Assembly: GCA_951406725.2 (NCBI GenBank)
Contig: OX597828.1
Location: 54,126,001 to 54,190,000, forward strand
Length of the DNA: 64,000 nucleotides
DNA from: Octopus vulgaris
Taxonomy: Eukaryota
Reading direction: 5' to 3'
Made by a program: the position numbers and the translations under genes. This document shows positions 25,809 through 39,329 of the stretch, piece after piece. The stretch's first letter is position 1. Every line of letters starts with the position of its first letter. The notes below the pieces were generated by a model that did not search any database, was not told where the DNA came from, and saw only the letters and a program-made list of their open reading frames with translations.

Positions 25809-25894
25809 GTATATATGTATGTATGTATGTATATATGTATGTAAATATATGTATGTATGTATGTATATATGTATGTAAATATATGTATTTATAT

Positions 25895-26284
25895 TTATAT
25901 ATATATATATATATAAACGGCAGTTTGTCTGTGCGTGTTTCTGTGTGTCTGTTTGCTTGTACCCTCACCCTGACCACGGCTTTCAACCGATTCTGATGAA
26001 AATTGACACACACATAGCCCAATGTCATAATTCAAAACTAACACAGCGAAAATTTTGAAAAGTTCCCCGAGTTCTGAAAAAAATCGATAAAATCGACATG
26101 GGGTCGAGAATCAGAAACACAAACCGCAAACTGTCTAGGGGACGCAACTCCACCTTTTTTTACTCTCAAAAAAATTTACCATCATTTTTTTCCATTTTTT
26201 GGCTATTTTTTGGCTATAACTCTCTAAAAATGCTTTATAGTTATTTCCCTTACAAACCTGAGCAACGCCGGGCGATACTGCTAG
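25895..26284 (+). mobile_element. non-autonomous Helitron
   Basis: 5' (TA)nAAACGGCAG start; 3' hairpin CCTGAGCAACGCCGGG then 8 nt then CTAG|T. Confidence 0.7.
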
Positions 26285-26739
26285 TATATATATATATATA
26301 CGTATATATATATATATACATCCCTTGTCCTGCAACTTTATGGCCTTGTGCCGAAGTTAGAAATCAATAGCCTAAAATAAGCTGCTGCTCTTACTCAGAG
26401 ACTTTTGTTCAATGGAGCAACAATAACAACAACAACAACAACAACTAATAATAAATATATTTCCAAAGTATGTGAGTGGTAATCATAGTTAATCGATATG
26501 AGAAAATAAAACATGTTTTTATATTTTTGCCTATATTTATAACACCGGCCGAATGGATAGTTTTTAATCCATCATACCTCCTCGCTGCTACCTGCCAGCT
26601 TAGAGTTAATTAACCGACTTTAATCTCATCATTAACAGTAATTTAGCTGGGCACTTTTTGTTTTCACATTTTATTCCTTCTACTTCTCTTTTTCATTTTT
26701 TGTGTGCATATATATATATATATATAAAAGGGTAAGGGT

Positions 26740-26818
<79 letters not shown>

Positions 26819-26845
26819 CATATATATATACATATATATATATAT

Positions 26846-26878
<33 letters not shown>

Positions 26879-26912
26879 CATACATTCATACATACATACA
26901 TACATATATACA

Positions 26913-26946
<34 letters not shown>

Positions 26947-26983
26947 TACATACATATATACATACATATATATATATACATAC

Positions 26984-27043
<60 letters not shown>

Positions 27044-28082
27044 CACCTTTTTTTCCTTCTTATTCTTATTCTTCTAAAAACTCTTTCACCTTCATCTTCG
27101 CTTTCTTTTTCTTCTTCTTTGGCTTTGCTTCATTCTTTCAGATTCCTGTTTCTTCTTCTTCTGGTATACTACTACTGCTGCTGCTGCTGCTGCTACTACT
27201 ACTACCACCACCACCACCACCACCACTATTGTTGCTACTGCTACTATTGTTACCACCAGCACCAGCACCACCATTACCACCACTGCCACTACCACCACCA
27301 CTATTACTGCTGCTACTACGATACTACTACTGACAAAGAAACTTCGAAATGGTCGTTCGGCCAGCTAAGAACAGCAGCCAAAGCTTCCCAAATCACAACA
27401 TGCCGTTCTTAAAAATGTAAGATACATTATACAAACTTGTCCTAGGTAGAAAAACAGAGGTGATGGCCAAATCTGGAATATCTATGATCTGTTCGATCAA
27501 GATTGACTAAGAACGACGCAACAGTAACAACTGGTTGCCATCAGGTAGAATCGTTAGAGTGTCTGAAAAAAATGCTTTGCAGTATTTCTTCCAAACCTTT
27601 ACTTACTGAGTTCAAATCCAGCTAGAGTCAACTTTGCCCTCCACCTCTCTGGGGTTCAATAACATAAAGTACCAGTAAAATATTCGGGTCTATGTCATCG
27701 ATTGACACTCCATCCCATCATTTCTCTCAAAATCGATAACCTTGAGCCGAAACTAGAAGTAAGGATTGCTAGGTTACGTTTAGCAGAATCGGTAGAGTGC
27801 CGAACGAAATGTCACTGGGACCAACTTTACTTTTCATCATCCTGGGGTCAATAAAATAAAGTACCAGTCAAGTACTAGGGTCAATGGGATCGATTATCCA
27901 CCATTTTGATTTCTCACCTTGTGTCTACATAAGAAACTGCAAGAGGTTACGTTCTGCAAGAATCGGTAGAGTGCCGAACGAAATTCATGGGACCAACTTT
28001 ACTTGTTCTCTTCCTCTAACAAGTAATATTCTGGATATCTTGAAGATTGCATACATTTTGGATAATGTCTGCGTCTATTAGA

Positions 28083-28156
28083 TAGCCGGATAACTGAAGA
28101 GATGGCGGCGTGGATTTCCACCTCGGCATCCGAAACTCGGAGTTTTATCATGGCTA
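28083..28156 (+). ncRNA. type I hammerhead ribozyme with long stem II
   Basis: UAGCCG-GAUAA-CUGAAGA-GAUG..GUGG-AUUU-CCAC..CAUC-C-GAAA-CUCGGAG-UU^UUAUC-A-UGGCUA; predicted cleavage after 28144; element ends in (TA)n. Confidence 0.75.
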
Positions 28157-28195
28157 CCGAATAATTATCACATATTACATTTACAGATATATGTG

Positions 28196-28237
<42 letters not shown>

Positions 28238-28241
28238 ATAT

Positions 28242-28344
28242 AACGGGAAGCTTTATGAAAATAAATAAAAGACGAAGGCAGGTGGAGTACAAACAAACAA
28301 TTGTATTAGTATGGCGCTCAGGAATATAAATAAAACAAGTCTTT
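28242..28344 (-). mobile_element. truncated copy of the HHR element at 35529-35717, in (TA)n
   Basis: Near-identical to 35529-35631; stops at AACAAGTCTTT. Confidence 0.8.
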
Positions 28345-29828
28345 ATATATATATATTATACACCTGTTCTACGTCTGCTCTCCACACATTTTGTCCATAT
28401 GCTAATCTTTAATTTTTCTTCAGCGCTTTCTCCCTTAGTTATTTTCTCCCATATCACTGAGTAGCATCACAAGAGAAGACTCGATCCTGGAACTCATCTA
28501 AACCATTCGTGAATGCTAATTAATGGAAGCTGTCCAGCTAGTGACCTTGAAGCAGGTGGTAGAAACCGGTGCCTTTGTTCCAAGGTCAAAACATGGATTG
28601 CGGTGAATAGAATGGGGAAAAAGAAGTGAACTTGTATGTAACCCACATCAACGTGTTTCTCGTCGATATTCAGATACACTGGAGTCGTACTTACAACTGA
28701 AATAAGATATTTAAACATTCCGTTTACACTGACTTTGATCCTCCCCTCCGCTCTCACTCTCTCTCTATATATATGTGTGTGTGTGTGTGAGATATGTATG
28801 TATGTATGTATGTATGTGTGTGGGCATGTATGTATATTATACGTACGTCCACACCACACATATTCATGCATACATATATACGTACATACATACATACATA
28901 CATACATACATACATACGTACATACGTACGTACATACATACATACATACATACATACATACATACATACATACATACATACATACGTACGTACGTACACG
29001 CCACACATATTCATACATACATACATACATATATACATACATACGTACGTACGTACGTACATACATACACACGTACGTACGTACATACATACATACACAT
29101 TACTGTGATTCACGTTCTCCCTCTCTCTCCACTCCACCAATCGTTCTCTCTTCCCATCTCTTTCTTTCTCTTTCTCTCTCTCTCTATCTCTTCCCCCTTC
29201 TGTCTCTCTCTCACTCTCTTTTTTGCTCTTTTCCCTTTAATCCAGAAAGAAGCGGCGGAGGTGGCGACGGTTACAATAAATATCATGGCCGAGAAATTTG
29301 AAGAAGTGTTTTGGGAGAAAAACTTAGTCATCGCCTTCATTAATTCCTTTCGTCATCGTCTCAGGGCTGCCACCGCCACCGCCACCGTTCCCAACATCAG
29401 CACCACCACCACCACCAAAACCACCACCACTGCCACCGCCGCCGCCGCTACTGCTCCTGTGCCACCGCAACCTCCAAACCACCATCATCACTATCGCCAT
29501 CACCACCAAATCCACCGACTCCAGCAACACTACCGTCACCACCAACCACCACCACCACCCCTATCACCACCACCGCCCCTATCACCATCACTACTATCCT
29601 TATAGTCATTACATCTACTCTCCCTTCCCATGTAGGCAACATGATAAGCTCTTGTTTAACTTACGTTTGGCAACAATCCAAACAACACACCCCTACAGGC
29701 ATTCTTCTTCGATTATTTCTTTTCATGTCAGTAATTATCATCATCAACACCATCTTCATCCTCATCAGCAGCAGCAGCAGCAGAGGCGTCATCATCATCA
29801 TCGCCAGCATCGTCAGCATCATCATCAT

Positions 29829-29886
<58 letters not shown>

Positions 29887-29890
29887 GTCA

Positions 29891-29939
<49 letters not shown>

Positions 29940-30240
29940 CATTATTATTATTATTATTATTATTGCTCCGAGAATTCTCAGCTGTAGCATTTTGGAGATT
30001 ATTTCAAACAGGGTCTCCTATTAAAAATTTTAGGAATCACTAACTGGTACTCGAGTTAGACAACAAGGTCGCTCTTTTTCATTTAAAAAAAAAATGAATA
30101 AATAAAAATTCCACTTTTATTCTACTCTCAAACTGCAAAAGATAATAGCTTTTCGTTTTTCTTAACCACACCCCACCCAACACAAGTAGCATTGAACAAT
30201 GCAAAACTGCTGCCAAAAACATATTGTAAAATATTTTTTT

Positions 30241-30397
30241 AGGAGTGGCTGTGTGGTAAGTAGCTTACTTACGAACCACATGGTTCCGGGTTCAGTCCCA
30301 CTGCGTGGCACCTTGGGCAAGTGCTTTCCACTATAGCCTCGGGCCGACCAAGGCCTTGTGAGTGGATTTGGTAGACGGAAACTGAAAGAAGCCCGTC

Positions 30398-30476
<79 letters not shown>

Positions 30477-30732
30477 TATGTATGTATGTATGTATGTATA
30501 TATGTATATATGTGTGTGAGTATATGCTTGTGTGCCTGTGTCTGTTCCCCCAACATCGCTTTACAACCGATGCTCATGTGTTTACGTCCCCGTAACTTAG
30601 TGGTTCGGCAAAACAGACCGATAGAATAAGTACTAGGCTTACAAAGAATAAGTCCTGGGGGTCGATTTGCTCGACTAAAGGCGGCGCTCCAGCATGGCCA
30701 CGGTCAAATGACTGAAACCAGTAAAAGAGTAA
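30241..30732 (+). mobile_element. SINE family A
   Basis: Near full-length copy with expanded internal (TA)n. Confidence 0.85.
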
Positions 30733-30888
30733 ATCCACTGCTGAGGTGATACACTAACCGAAACATATTCCAAGTTGTCTGTCATACTTGCCATTAAAAA
30801 AATGTGAGATAATATTGTTTTGGTTTCTTTCTGTTTCACTTTTACGACATGGCTATATCGAGCTAACTTTTCTTGATGTCCTATGAAT

Positions 30889-31298
30889 TGGCTGTGTGGT
30901 AAGTAGCTTGCTAACCAACCACATGGTTCCGGGTTCAGTCCCACTGCGTGGCATCTTGGGCAAGTGTCTTCTGCTATAGCCCCGGGCCGACCAAAGCCTT
31001 GTGAGTGGATTTGGTAGACGGAAACTGAAAGAAGCCTGTCGTATATATATGTATATATATATATATGTGTGTGTATTTGTGTGTCTGTGTTTGTCCTCCT
31101 AGCATTGCTTGACAACCGATGCTGGTATGCTTACGTCCCTGTCACTTAGCGGTTCGGCAAAAGAGACCGATAGAATAAGTACTGGGCTTACAAAGAATAA
31201 GTCCCGGGGTCGATTTGCTCGACTAAAGGCGGTGCTCCAGCATGGCCGCAGCCAAATGACTGAAACAAATAAAAGAGTAAAGAGAGTAAAGAGAGAGT
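30889..31298 (+). mobile_element. SINE family A
   Basis: Near full-length copy. Confidence 0.85.
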
Positions 31299-31577
31299 AA
31301 ACATTAACTTGGTTTTCATTTTTTCATGCAGACGACGCCTCTGAATAATATATTGTCTAAAACAAGAGCGGAGAACAACTCGTCTGCATTCAATCTGAAA
31401 TTGCGGAAAGAGTAAGTCTCTAACAGCTCGCATGAGATAATACTTTAATCCTTAATGCCAAAATTTAATCCAGGCTGCAGCAGTAAAATCTCTCATATTT
31501 TGTACGGCCATTGATGTGGCGTCCGTGAGGTTCAGCAGATGGTAATGGTGTCTTCATGTAGTTAATATTTTATCGTC

Positions 31578-32010
31578 GTAAAGCGGTGAGCTGGTAGAAC
31601 CGTTTGCACTCCGTGTAAACTGCTTAGCGGTATTTCTTCCGACTTTTGAGTTATGAGTTCAGATTTCGCCGAGGTCGACTTTGCATTTTATCCTTTTGGG
31701 GTCGACAAAATGAGTACCAGCTGAGTACTGTGAGATCGATATAATCAACTAGCCTCTCTCCCGAATTTGCTGGACTTGTGCCAAAATTTGAAACCAATAT
31801 TTTGCCATCGTAAAGGCGGCAATTGGCAGAATCGTTACCGTGTCGGGCAAAGTGCTTAGCGGCATTTCTTCCGTCTTTACTTTCTGAGTTCAAATTCCGC
31901 CGAGGTCGACTTTGCATTTTATCCTTTCGAGATCGATAAAATGAGTACCAGATATAATCGACTAGCCCCATCCCTTGAAACTACTGGCCTTGTGCCGAAA
32001 TTTGAAACTA
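31578..32010 (+). mobile_element. two tandem SINE family B copies
   Basis: Units starting TCGTAAAG(G)CGG at about 31578 and 31810, tails GCCAAAATTTGAAAC. Confidence 0.75.
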
Positions 32011-32191
32011 ATATTTTATCGTCGTTTAAGTTATCAACATGGTTTAAATTGGTACACATTGTGCGTTTTCTCTTGAAAGATTTACCAAAAATGATAAATC
32101 TGGGGGTTTGTTGTATCCCTCCATAAGTTATATCCTCATGAAATTTATAACATTCAAAATTGAAATATAAGGTTTATCAGTTTTCTCAGCA

Positions 32192-32581
32192 CAGATGTCC
32201 CTTGGGGTGCTACTTTGGCATGTGATCGACAACCCAAAGGGCGATTACTTTAGGTTACTTTTTAGATTACTTTTCAATTTCTAAAAGGATTTAATATGTC
32301 GGCTAAAGATTTTTTTACAATAAATTCTTTTGTTCATACTTAGCATAATAAAGGTTTTTGCTTTCAAAATTCTTACTATTTTAATAACAATATAACCATG
32401 CTTCATTTATGTTCTAGTAAATAATAATAAGAAATCAAGAACGAACAATATAATAATTAGAATGAGCGCTTAGATCACACAAGTTTGGTTGCCGCGTGTT
32501 TTGCAAAGAAACTAACCTAAAGTAATCGCCCTTGAAGTTGTAGATCACACGCCAAAATAGCACCCCCTTTAGGGTTGTCTG
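32192..32581. mobile_element. MITE with about 70-bp TIRs, Tc1/mariner-like ends
   Basis: CAGATGTCCC..GGGGTGCTACTTTGGCATGTGATC..GGGCGATTACTTTAGGTTA and its reverse complement ending GTCTG|TA. Confidence 0.7.
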
Positions 32582-33689
32582 TATTAGCAATGTGTCCACG
32601 ATGCTACGAACGTTATCCAGCCCTACTAAAAAAACAATTATAGCTTTCTACACCAACCTGTTTCCATTAATATACAAATACCTAATAATTCTGGCTGGAA
32701 TCTCTTTATCAGTAATTGCAGTTCATAGTAAGATCATAATAAAAATTAATATTTCTAAAGCAGGCAGGCACAAGGTCAGAAACTGGAAGGAAGGATTTGT
32801 CAATTACATCCTCATTAGTTCGTAACTGCTATTTCATTTTGCCGAACCCTGAAGGATAAATGACAAAGTTGACCCCAGCAAGATTTGAACCCAGAACAAA
32901 AGGAACCGTAAAAAAATAATTTCTTTTGTTATTGAAGTCATAATGACAACAAGATCGAAACATGTCTAGAGTTGCCTCCCTTATTCGCCAAAATACAATT
33001 CAAATTATGAATCATTGACTAAAATTATTATTGTTTTGTTTTTTATCCTCGTTACATAATTACTTTTATTTTATTTTTTTAAGTTTCATGCATTGACCGT
33101 TTGAACCTGCGGGTAGGCTTTAGCGGGCACAATTTATGTTGGCTGAATCCCGCTGAAAGTTGGCAACACGAGTTTGGGTTTGTGGGTCGTTACGTGACAG
33201 AAACATCGATATTTTCAGTTACAAACACATAGCAATCCAACTGTCAGCTTTTGCGTCTTCTAAGGGTACAGTCAAATGAAATCGCGCTCGCTAAAACGTA
33301 CCTGCGATTTCAAAGGAGCTAAGCTAACACTAACTTAACTATTGTCTTTTCAAGCGAATGGTGTCTCTGAGTTGATAATGTTCTGACAATTGCTGGGAGC
33401 CGTTTTGTGTTAGTCACCACAGTTCGCAGTTTAAGCGACGACTATCAGTATTCAAGGATAAGATAAAATTTAAGAAACAAAAAAAAAACAAAAAGAAACG
33501 CATTTGGTTCGATGCTATAAATTGCGGCATGCAACAACGACACAAAATGGAGTTGGAGGCGGGTTCACAGCTGAATAAACAAATAAACAAACGTTGGAGT
33601 GGATTCATTAAACAACCAGAATTCGTTGTAACGCCGTCGCAAATTGGATTATTCATACACACACACGCATACACACATGTACGTATGTA

Positions 33690-33720
<31 letters not shown>

Positions 33721-34224
33721 ACGCTTTGGTGTTTTATTGTATTGCTGTTGGTGTAAAAGTAGGTGGGTAAATAGAGCTAATCTGCTCTGTCTGTGTCAAT
33801 AATGGTTAATAATAACAGAAAGAAATTCTTAAACAAATAAAGTCGACAGCCAACATGGACACCTACATTCTGGAGCTGTAGCCATGTTGCCAGGGAATAA
33901 AACGTTGATAGGAAACAGAGAAAGTATCTCACAGAACATATCGTCAGTCACAGTGGTTCTCAACCATTTCTGGCTATTCGAGTTCAAATTCCACCGAGGT
34001 GGACTTTGCCCTTCATCTTTTCAAGATCAATAAATAAAGTACTTGTTGAGCACTGGGGTCGATATAATCTACTTAGACCCTCTTCCAAACCTGCTGGCCT
34101 TGTGTCAAAATTTGAAACCATTATGTTACTGGTACTTTATATCATTGACCACAGAACGATGAACAGGTAAAGTTTATCTCGATGGATAGATGTGCTCAGA
34201 ACATCAAGGAACACCTACATAATC

Positions 34225-34436
34225 CTTTCTACTAAAGGCACAAGGCCTGAAATTTGGGGGGAGCGGACTAATCGATTACAACGACCCCCAGTGCTTCACT
34301 GGTACTTAATTTATCGACCCCGAAGTGATGAAAGGCAAAGTCAGCCTCGACGGAATTTGAACTCAGAATGTAGAAACGGACGAAATGCCGCAAAGCGTTT
34401 TACCCTACGTGCTAACGATTCTGCCAGCTCGCTGCC
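34225..34436 (-). mobile_element. SINE family B
   Basis: Reverse-complement copy. Confidence 0.75.
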
Positions 34437-34456
34437 GTGCGGAACGCCTGAATATA

Positions 34457-34842
34457 TAATAATAATTAATTCGTTTTATTGGCCACAAGGGCTGACAAAA
34501 ATCAATTAGAAACATTTAGGGACAAAACAGGACGAAAAGTTACGAAGGGTTTTGTCCGTTTGCAAAAAATCCGTGTAAAAATCAGTATAACAACGAAAAT
34601 ATGTAACAAATAGAACTCCCAATAGGGGAAGGGCTTCGAAAGGTTACTCGAGTAAAAACCCATAAAAGCCACGGGAGCCTGGTCACGGGAGCCCCTTTCT
34701 CCTTTTATATTACATTTTTATGTCACAGGTGTATCCTCAGAATTAGTCCGTTCATACTGGCCATTCTTGCGATATTCACCCACCTTTCAATAAACTTGCT
34801 ACGAGCCAGCACTTCCCTCTCTACTCTCATCTTCCTTTTCAT
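34457..34842 (-). mobile_element. 5'-truncated L1/Tx1-like LINE 3' end
   Basis: 34842-34723 reads KRKMRVEREVLARSKFIERWVNIARMASMNGLILRIHL*; 3' UTR ends GCCCTTGTGGCCAATAAA..(TTA)n; clade is inference. Confidence 0.5.
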
Positions 34843-35383
34843 ACGTTGTGTCACTCAGCACGCATTGATCCCATCTACTGAGTCGAAAATGAATCCCAGT
34901 CTAGTTCAGCCATATCTTCCTTCGCCTCTAGCAACCCCGATATGCCGCGCGAAGTCAAAGGTGAGAGGGCCGAGACAGAGTAACTTTGTCTACTCGGATG
35001 TTCACAGGCACCTAAAACAATTACCGAAAGTATGGTACGTGTTAGCAAATCATATTCGCTTGCAGGTGTTGGCTACTGGTTTATTTTTTAAAAATTAATT
35101 ATACATGCAAACGTATTATATAGGACATAGCCAATCTGTTATCACCACCAATTAATTTAATTACATATGGCTAGAGTTTGCTCCAATTTCTCTAATTTCT
35201 TATTAGTTGGAGGCCAATTTGTCAACAAGAGAAATTTATGAAAGAACGTCTCAACATTGGTTTTGTTAACATTGCTTAGAAAACTTCATTGAAAATTGCG
35301 GGAATAAATAGCTGTAATTTAATGCATACATATAGTTATATATGTGTATACACACATACATACATGCATACATACATATATAT

Positions 35384-35486
<103 letters not shown>

Positions 35487-35498
35487 AAGATACAGAAA

Positions 35499-35529
<31 letters not shown>

Positions 35530-35625
35530 ACGGGAAGGTTTACGAAAATAAACAAAAGACGAAGGCAGGTGGAGTACAAACAAACAAATGTATTAGTATG
35601 GCGCTCAGGAATAGAAATAGAACAA

Positions 35626-35665
35626 GTCTTTTACGTTTCGAGCCTAAACTCTTCGACAGAAAGAT
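35626..35665 (-). ncRNA. minimal hammerhead variant (CUGUCGA core) in an element (35529-35717) embedded in (TA)n
   Basis: UCUUU-CUGUCGA-A-GAGU..GCUC-GAAA-CG-UA^AAAGA; predicted cleavage between 35632 and 35631. Confidence 0.7.
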
Positions 35666-35713
35666 ACACAGAAAAAAAAACAAGGAGAGAAACGATGTAG
35701 GAGCAAACGATCT

Positions 35714-35798
<85 letters not shown>

Positions 35799-35837
35799 CT
35801 TAGAATAACTTAGAAAGGTTTTGGCCAGTATTGGCCC

Positions 35838-35964
<127 letters not shown>

Positions 35965-36332
35965 CATACATACACACACATATATATATATGCATATATA
36001 TATATACATATATCTATATGTATATATAAACAAACATACATACAAATTTACACAAAAACATAGAAATACTAGATTTTTCGAAGAAAAAGCAAAAGAAACT
36101 AACGCGGCATGACTAATTCCAGTATATTGGTAGCAAAGTGAAAATTTGTAAGACATTCAAAAGATTTTCCGTCTGAGATTTTTTAGGTAAATAAATGCAC
36201 ACACTGAAGTCTGTGCATCGACAGCTTTCCCAACACATCTCGTCAACCACACATTCACAAAGATCAGGAACTCTCTTAACTTAGAACATACATACATACA
36301 TACATACATACATACATACATACATACATACA

Positions 36333-36362
<30 letters not shown>

Positions 36363-36363
<1 letters not shown>

Positions 36364-36677
36364 GTAGTGACCCCTAGCGGTCAAGCAGGAAAGCAAAACG
36401 AAAAAGGAATCTAACGAGAGTAATTTCCCTCGACCTTCTCGAAAATTCTAGAAGCTTCCAATTAACTTCCGGATGTTATGGAAGTTAGGTACTTCCGGTT
36501 CATTCCTTATATAAAGGAACACATTCTAATTACGCGCTACTCTTGCCTGTCGGTTCCTAGACATGTATTGAGTCACACCACTCGCATACACAACCGCACG
36601 CGCGGATGTTCACCTTATTTGCTTTGAGACATGTGGTTGCAAAATGTATTCATATGATGTCACAAGCTTTCCCTACA
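36363..36677 (+). mobile_element. possible solo LTR
   Basis: TGTAG...CTACA termini, TATAAAAG and two ACTTCCGG motifs; no TSD or PBS seen. Confidence 0.3.
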
Positions 36678-36686
36678 ACTAACTTT

Positions 36687-37121
36687 GGATCTTTTCGGTT
36701 TGAACGGCAGTTTTTAACAGAATTTCTAGGTAACTAAAAAATTTTAAACCTCGTATACTGGTAGAATGTGTTTATAAAACATCTTTTTCTCTTGACTTTA
36801 TTGAGAAAATTCTATAGTTTGTAAGATATTTGTTGATGCTTTTCTTCAATTTCTGCAATTTCAACCAATCAATGACGTCCATTGAGGTAAAAAAAACATT
36901 CTGTGCCGTATGGATATGTCCCTCGTTTAAGAAACAGATTGGGTTTATTTACATTTGTGAAGAAAGAAAGATACCCTTCCCCCCACCCATAACCCTAACC
37001 CTAACTAACCGTAACCCTAAAACAGATTGAAATGCAATAGATCGATACTAGGGTCATAATTATGGGTGACAATTTCATATGACACTGCTAGAAAAAACTG
37101 CCGTTCAAACCGAAAAGATCC
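36687..37121. mobile_element. MITE with GGATC TIRs and 8-bp TSD (Merlin-like)
   Basis: 29-bp TIR GGATCTTTTCGGTTTGAACGGCAGTTTTT; perfect TSD CTAACTTT; internal (CCCTAA)n; superfamily inferred from GG ends plus 8-bp TSD. Confidence 0.85.
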
Positions 37122-37509
37122 CTAACTTTATATATTAACGCATTAATCCAGTAATAAATATGTTATGACTTGTCACGAACGTCTTACAAATTCTTATTTT
37201 CTTGTCGTTTACGTACAAGATGTTGACCCCTCTTTCTCGCATGCAATTATAAAAATTATAGGGTGCCACTTGCTGACATTCATAATAAAATGGTAACCCC
37301 GACGTCAGAGCACGATAGCAGCTACAAAATAGGGAACCCGATTTTTTAATACGCAACTCACAGCACACGGTAAATCGACTCCGTACTAAACTCTTCAAGG
37401 TAATTTCTACATTACTCTACCAGCACCTCTGATATTCTAGTTTTGAAATAATTTCGTGTCTTCCTCGCTTCATCTGCAGATAGAATAATGGAATTCTCTT
37501 ACAGACCCA

Positions 37510-38610
37510 CTGCTCTTAGCAGTTTATCTTGCGGTGAGACACTTCCGCCATCTCCTAGAAGGTCGGGAGTTCACAGTATTCACAGATCATAAACCTTTTA
37601 TATTCGCTCTTCAGTCCAAGTCTGATATATACTCGCCGAGGACATGCAGACACTTGGATTTCATCTCGCAATATACCAGCGCCATTCGTCATATAGCTCG
37701 ATATGCAAGCACACCTGCTGATGCATTATCCAGACTTCCTGTGTGTTCACTTTCGTCTCCTGCACACATCAATTTGGTTGCTATCGCCACAGGCCAACCT
37801 TCTTTGGACTCTTTGGACACTTCTTCCGACCAATATTCCTGTTGTAGATGTGAATACTTACCCCTTCCGTCTGCTGAAGGACGGACCCTTTGTGACATCT
37901 CTACCGGTTCACCTAGACTACTTTTCCCACATCATCATCGGCGTACCGTTTTCGATGCTCTTCATTCCTTGTCGCATCCAGGCATAGCCGCCACGGTAAA
38001 GCTCATTACAGTCCGTTTCTTCTGGCCTAACATGCGCCGTATAATCACCAGTTGGACACCTTCTTGTTTGCAGTGTCAACTCACCAAGGTCCATTGACAT
38101 GTTCGTGCTCCTCTCGGAAAATTCAGCCCACCGGACGCTCGTGTCCGTCAAGTCCACATCGACATTGTTGGACCCTGGCCCGTTCGTCGCGATTTCACGA
38201 GCATCTTGACTTGCATCGATCGTTTCTCTCGATGGCCTGAAACCATACCTCTGACTGACATCGCAGCCGAATCCGTCGCCCTGGCGTTCATTTCCAGTTG
38301 GGTAGCGCGTTTTAGTGTCCCATTTAAAATAACCACTGATAGGGGACGCCAGTTCGAAGCTTCTTTATTCTGTAAAATATCACGACTCTCGGCTGCTCAT
38401 CGAATTCATACAAGTTATCACCCAGCTTCCAATGGAATGGTAGAACGATTCCACAGACAGTTTAAAGCTGCACTTGGCGCTACTCCTGATCCGCAACGTT
38501 GGACCGAATTCCTACAAATTGGTCTTCTTGATTGCCGTTCCGCTGTTAAGACAGATTTGGGTTTCTACTCAGCCGAACTTCTTTACTGCACCACCTTGAT
38601 GCTTGTCGGT
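37510..38610 (+). mobile_element. Ty3/Gypsy pol fragment (RNase H end plus integrase), pseudogenised
   Basis: VFTDHKP, ADALSR, HSLSHPG..CLQC (HHCC), HIDIVGP, IDRFSRW, TTDRGRQF, YHPASNGMVERFHR; premature stop at 38095-38097; ends in microsatellite. Confidence 0.92.
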
Positions 38611-38626
38611 CAAATGTGTATGTGTG

Positions 38627-38693
<67 letters not shown>

Positions 38694-38744
38694 ATATGTA
38701 TGTGTGTGTGTGTGTGTGTGTATACATATGTATGTATGTACGTA

Positions 38745-38785
<41 letters not shown>

Positions 38786-39204
38786 CTATACATATACATA
38801 TATACAATAAAAGAAATGACTTGGGCACTGGCTTTATTTCAATAGTTACATGTTTCATATGTGTGTGTGTGTGTGTATAAATGTATGAAGGTAAGTAGGT
38901 ATATAGGTAGGTAAGTAGGCAGGTGGGTAGGTGGGTAGGTAGGGAGAAAGGTGGGTAGATATACATACATATTCATATATATTTGTGTGTGTATCTGCAT
39001 GTAAATACACACACATTCACATATTTAAATACGCGTGAATGTGTGTGTGTGTGTGTTTGCGCATGCGTGTGTAAATGCGTGACTGCGCGTGATTAGATCA
39101 CATTAACAAGCGGAATCGATAATCCCCCAACTTCAGTTTCAAACAGAATATGCTTAAAGAAACCAAACCTTAGCAACTGATCGTATCCAAGCTGTTGCCA
39201 AGGT

Positions 39205-39220
39205 ATCATCGTCATCATCG

Positions 39221-39252
<32 letters not shown>

Positions 39253-39289
39253 ATCATCATCATCATCATCAACATCATCATCATCATCG

Positions 39290-39329
<40 letters not shown>

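Noticed and set aside
36985-37022. Interstitial telomere
   Set aside because: Only a few CCCTAA units, internal to a MITE
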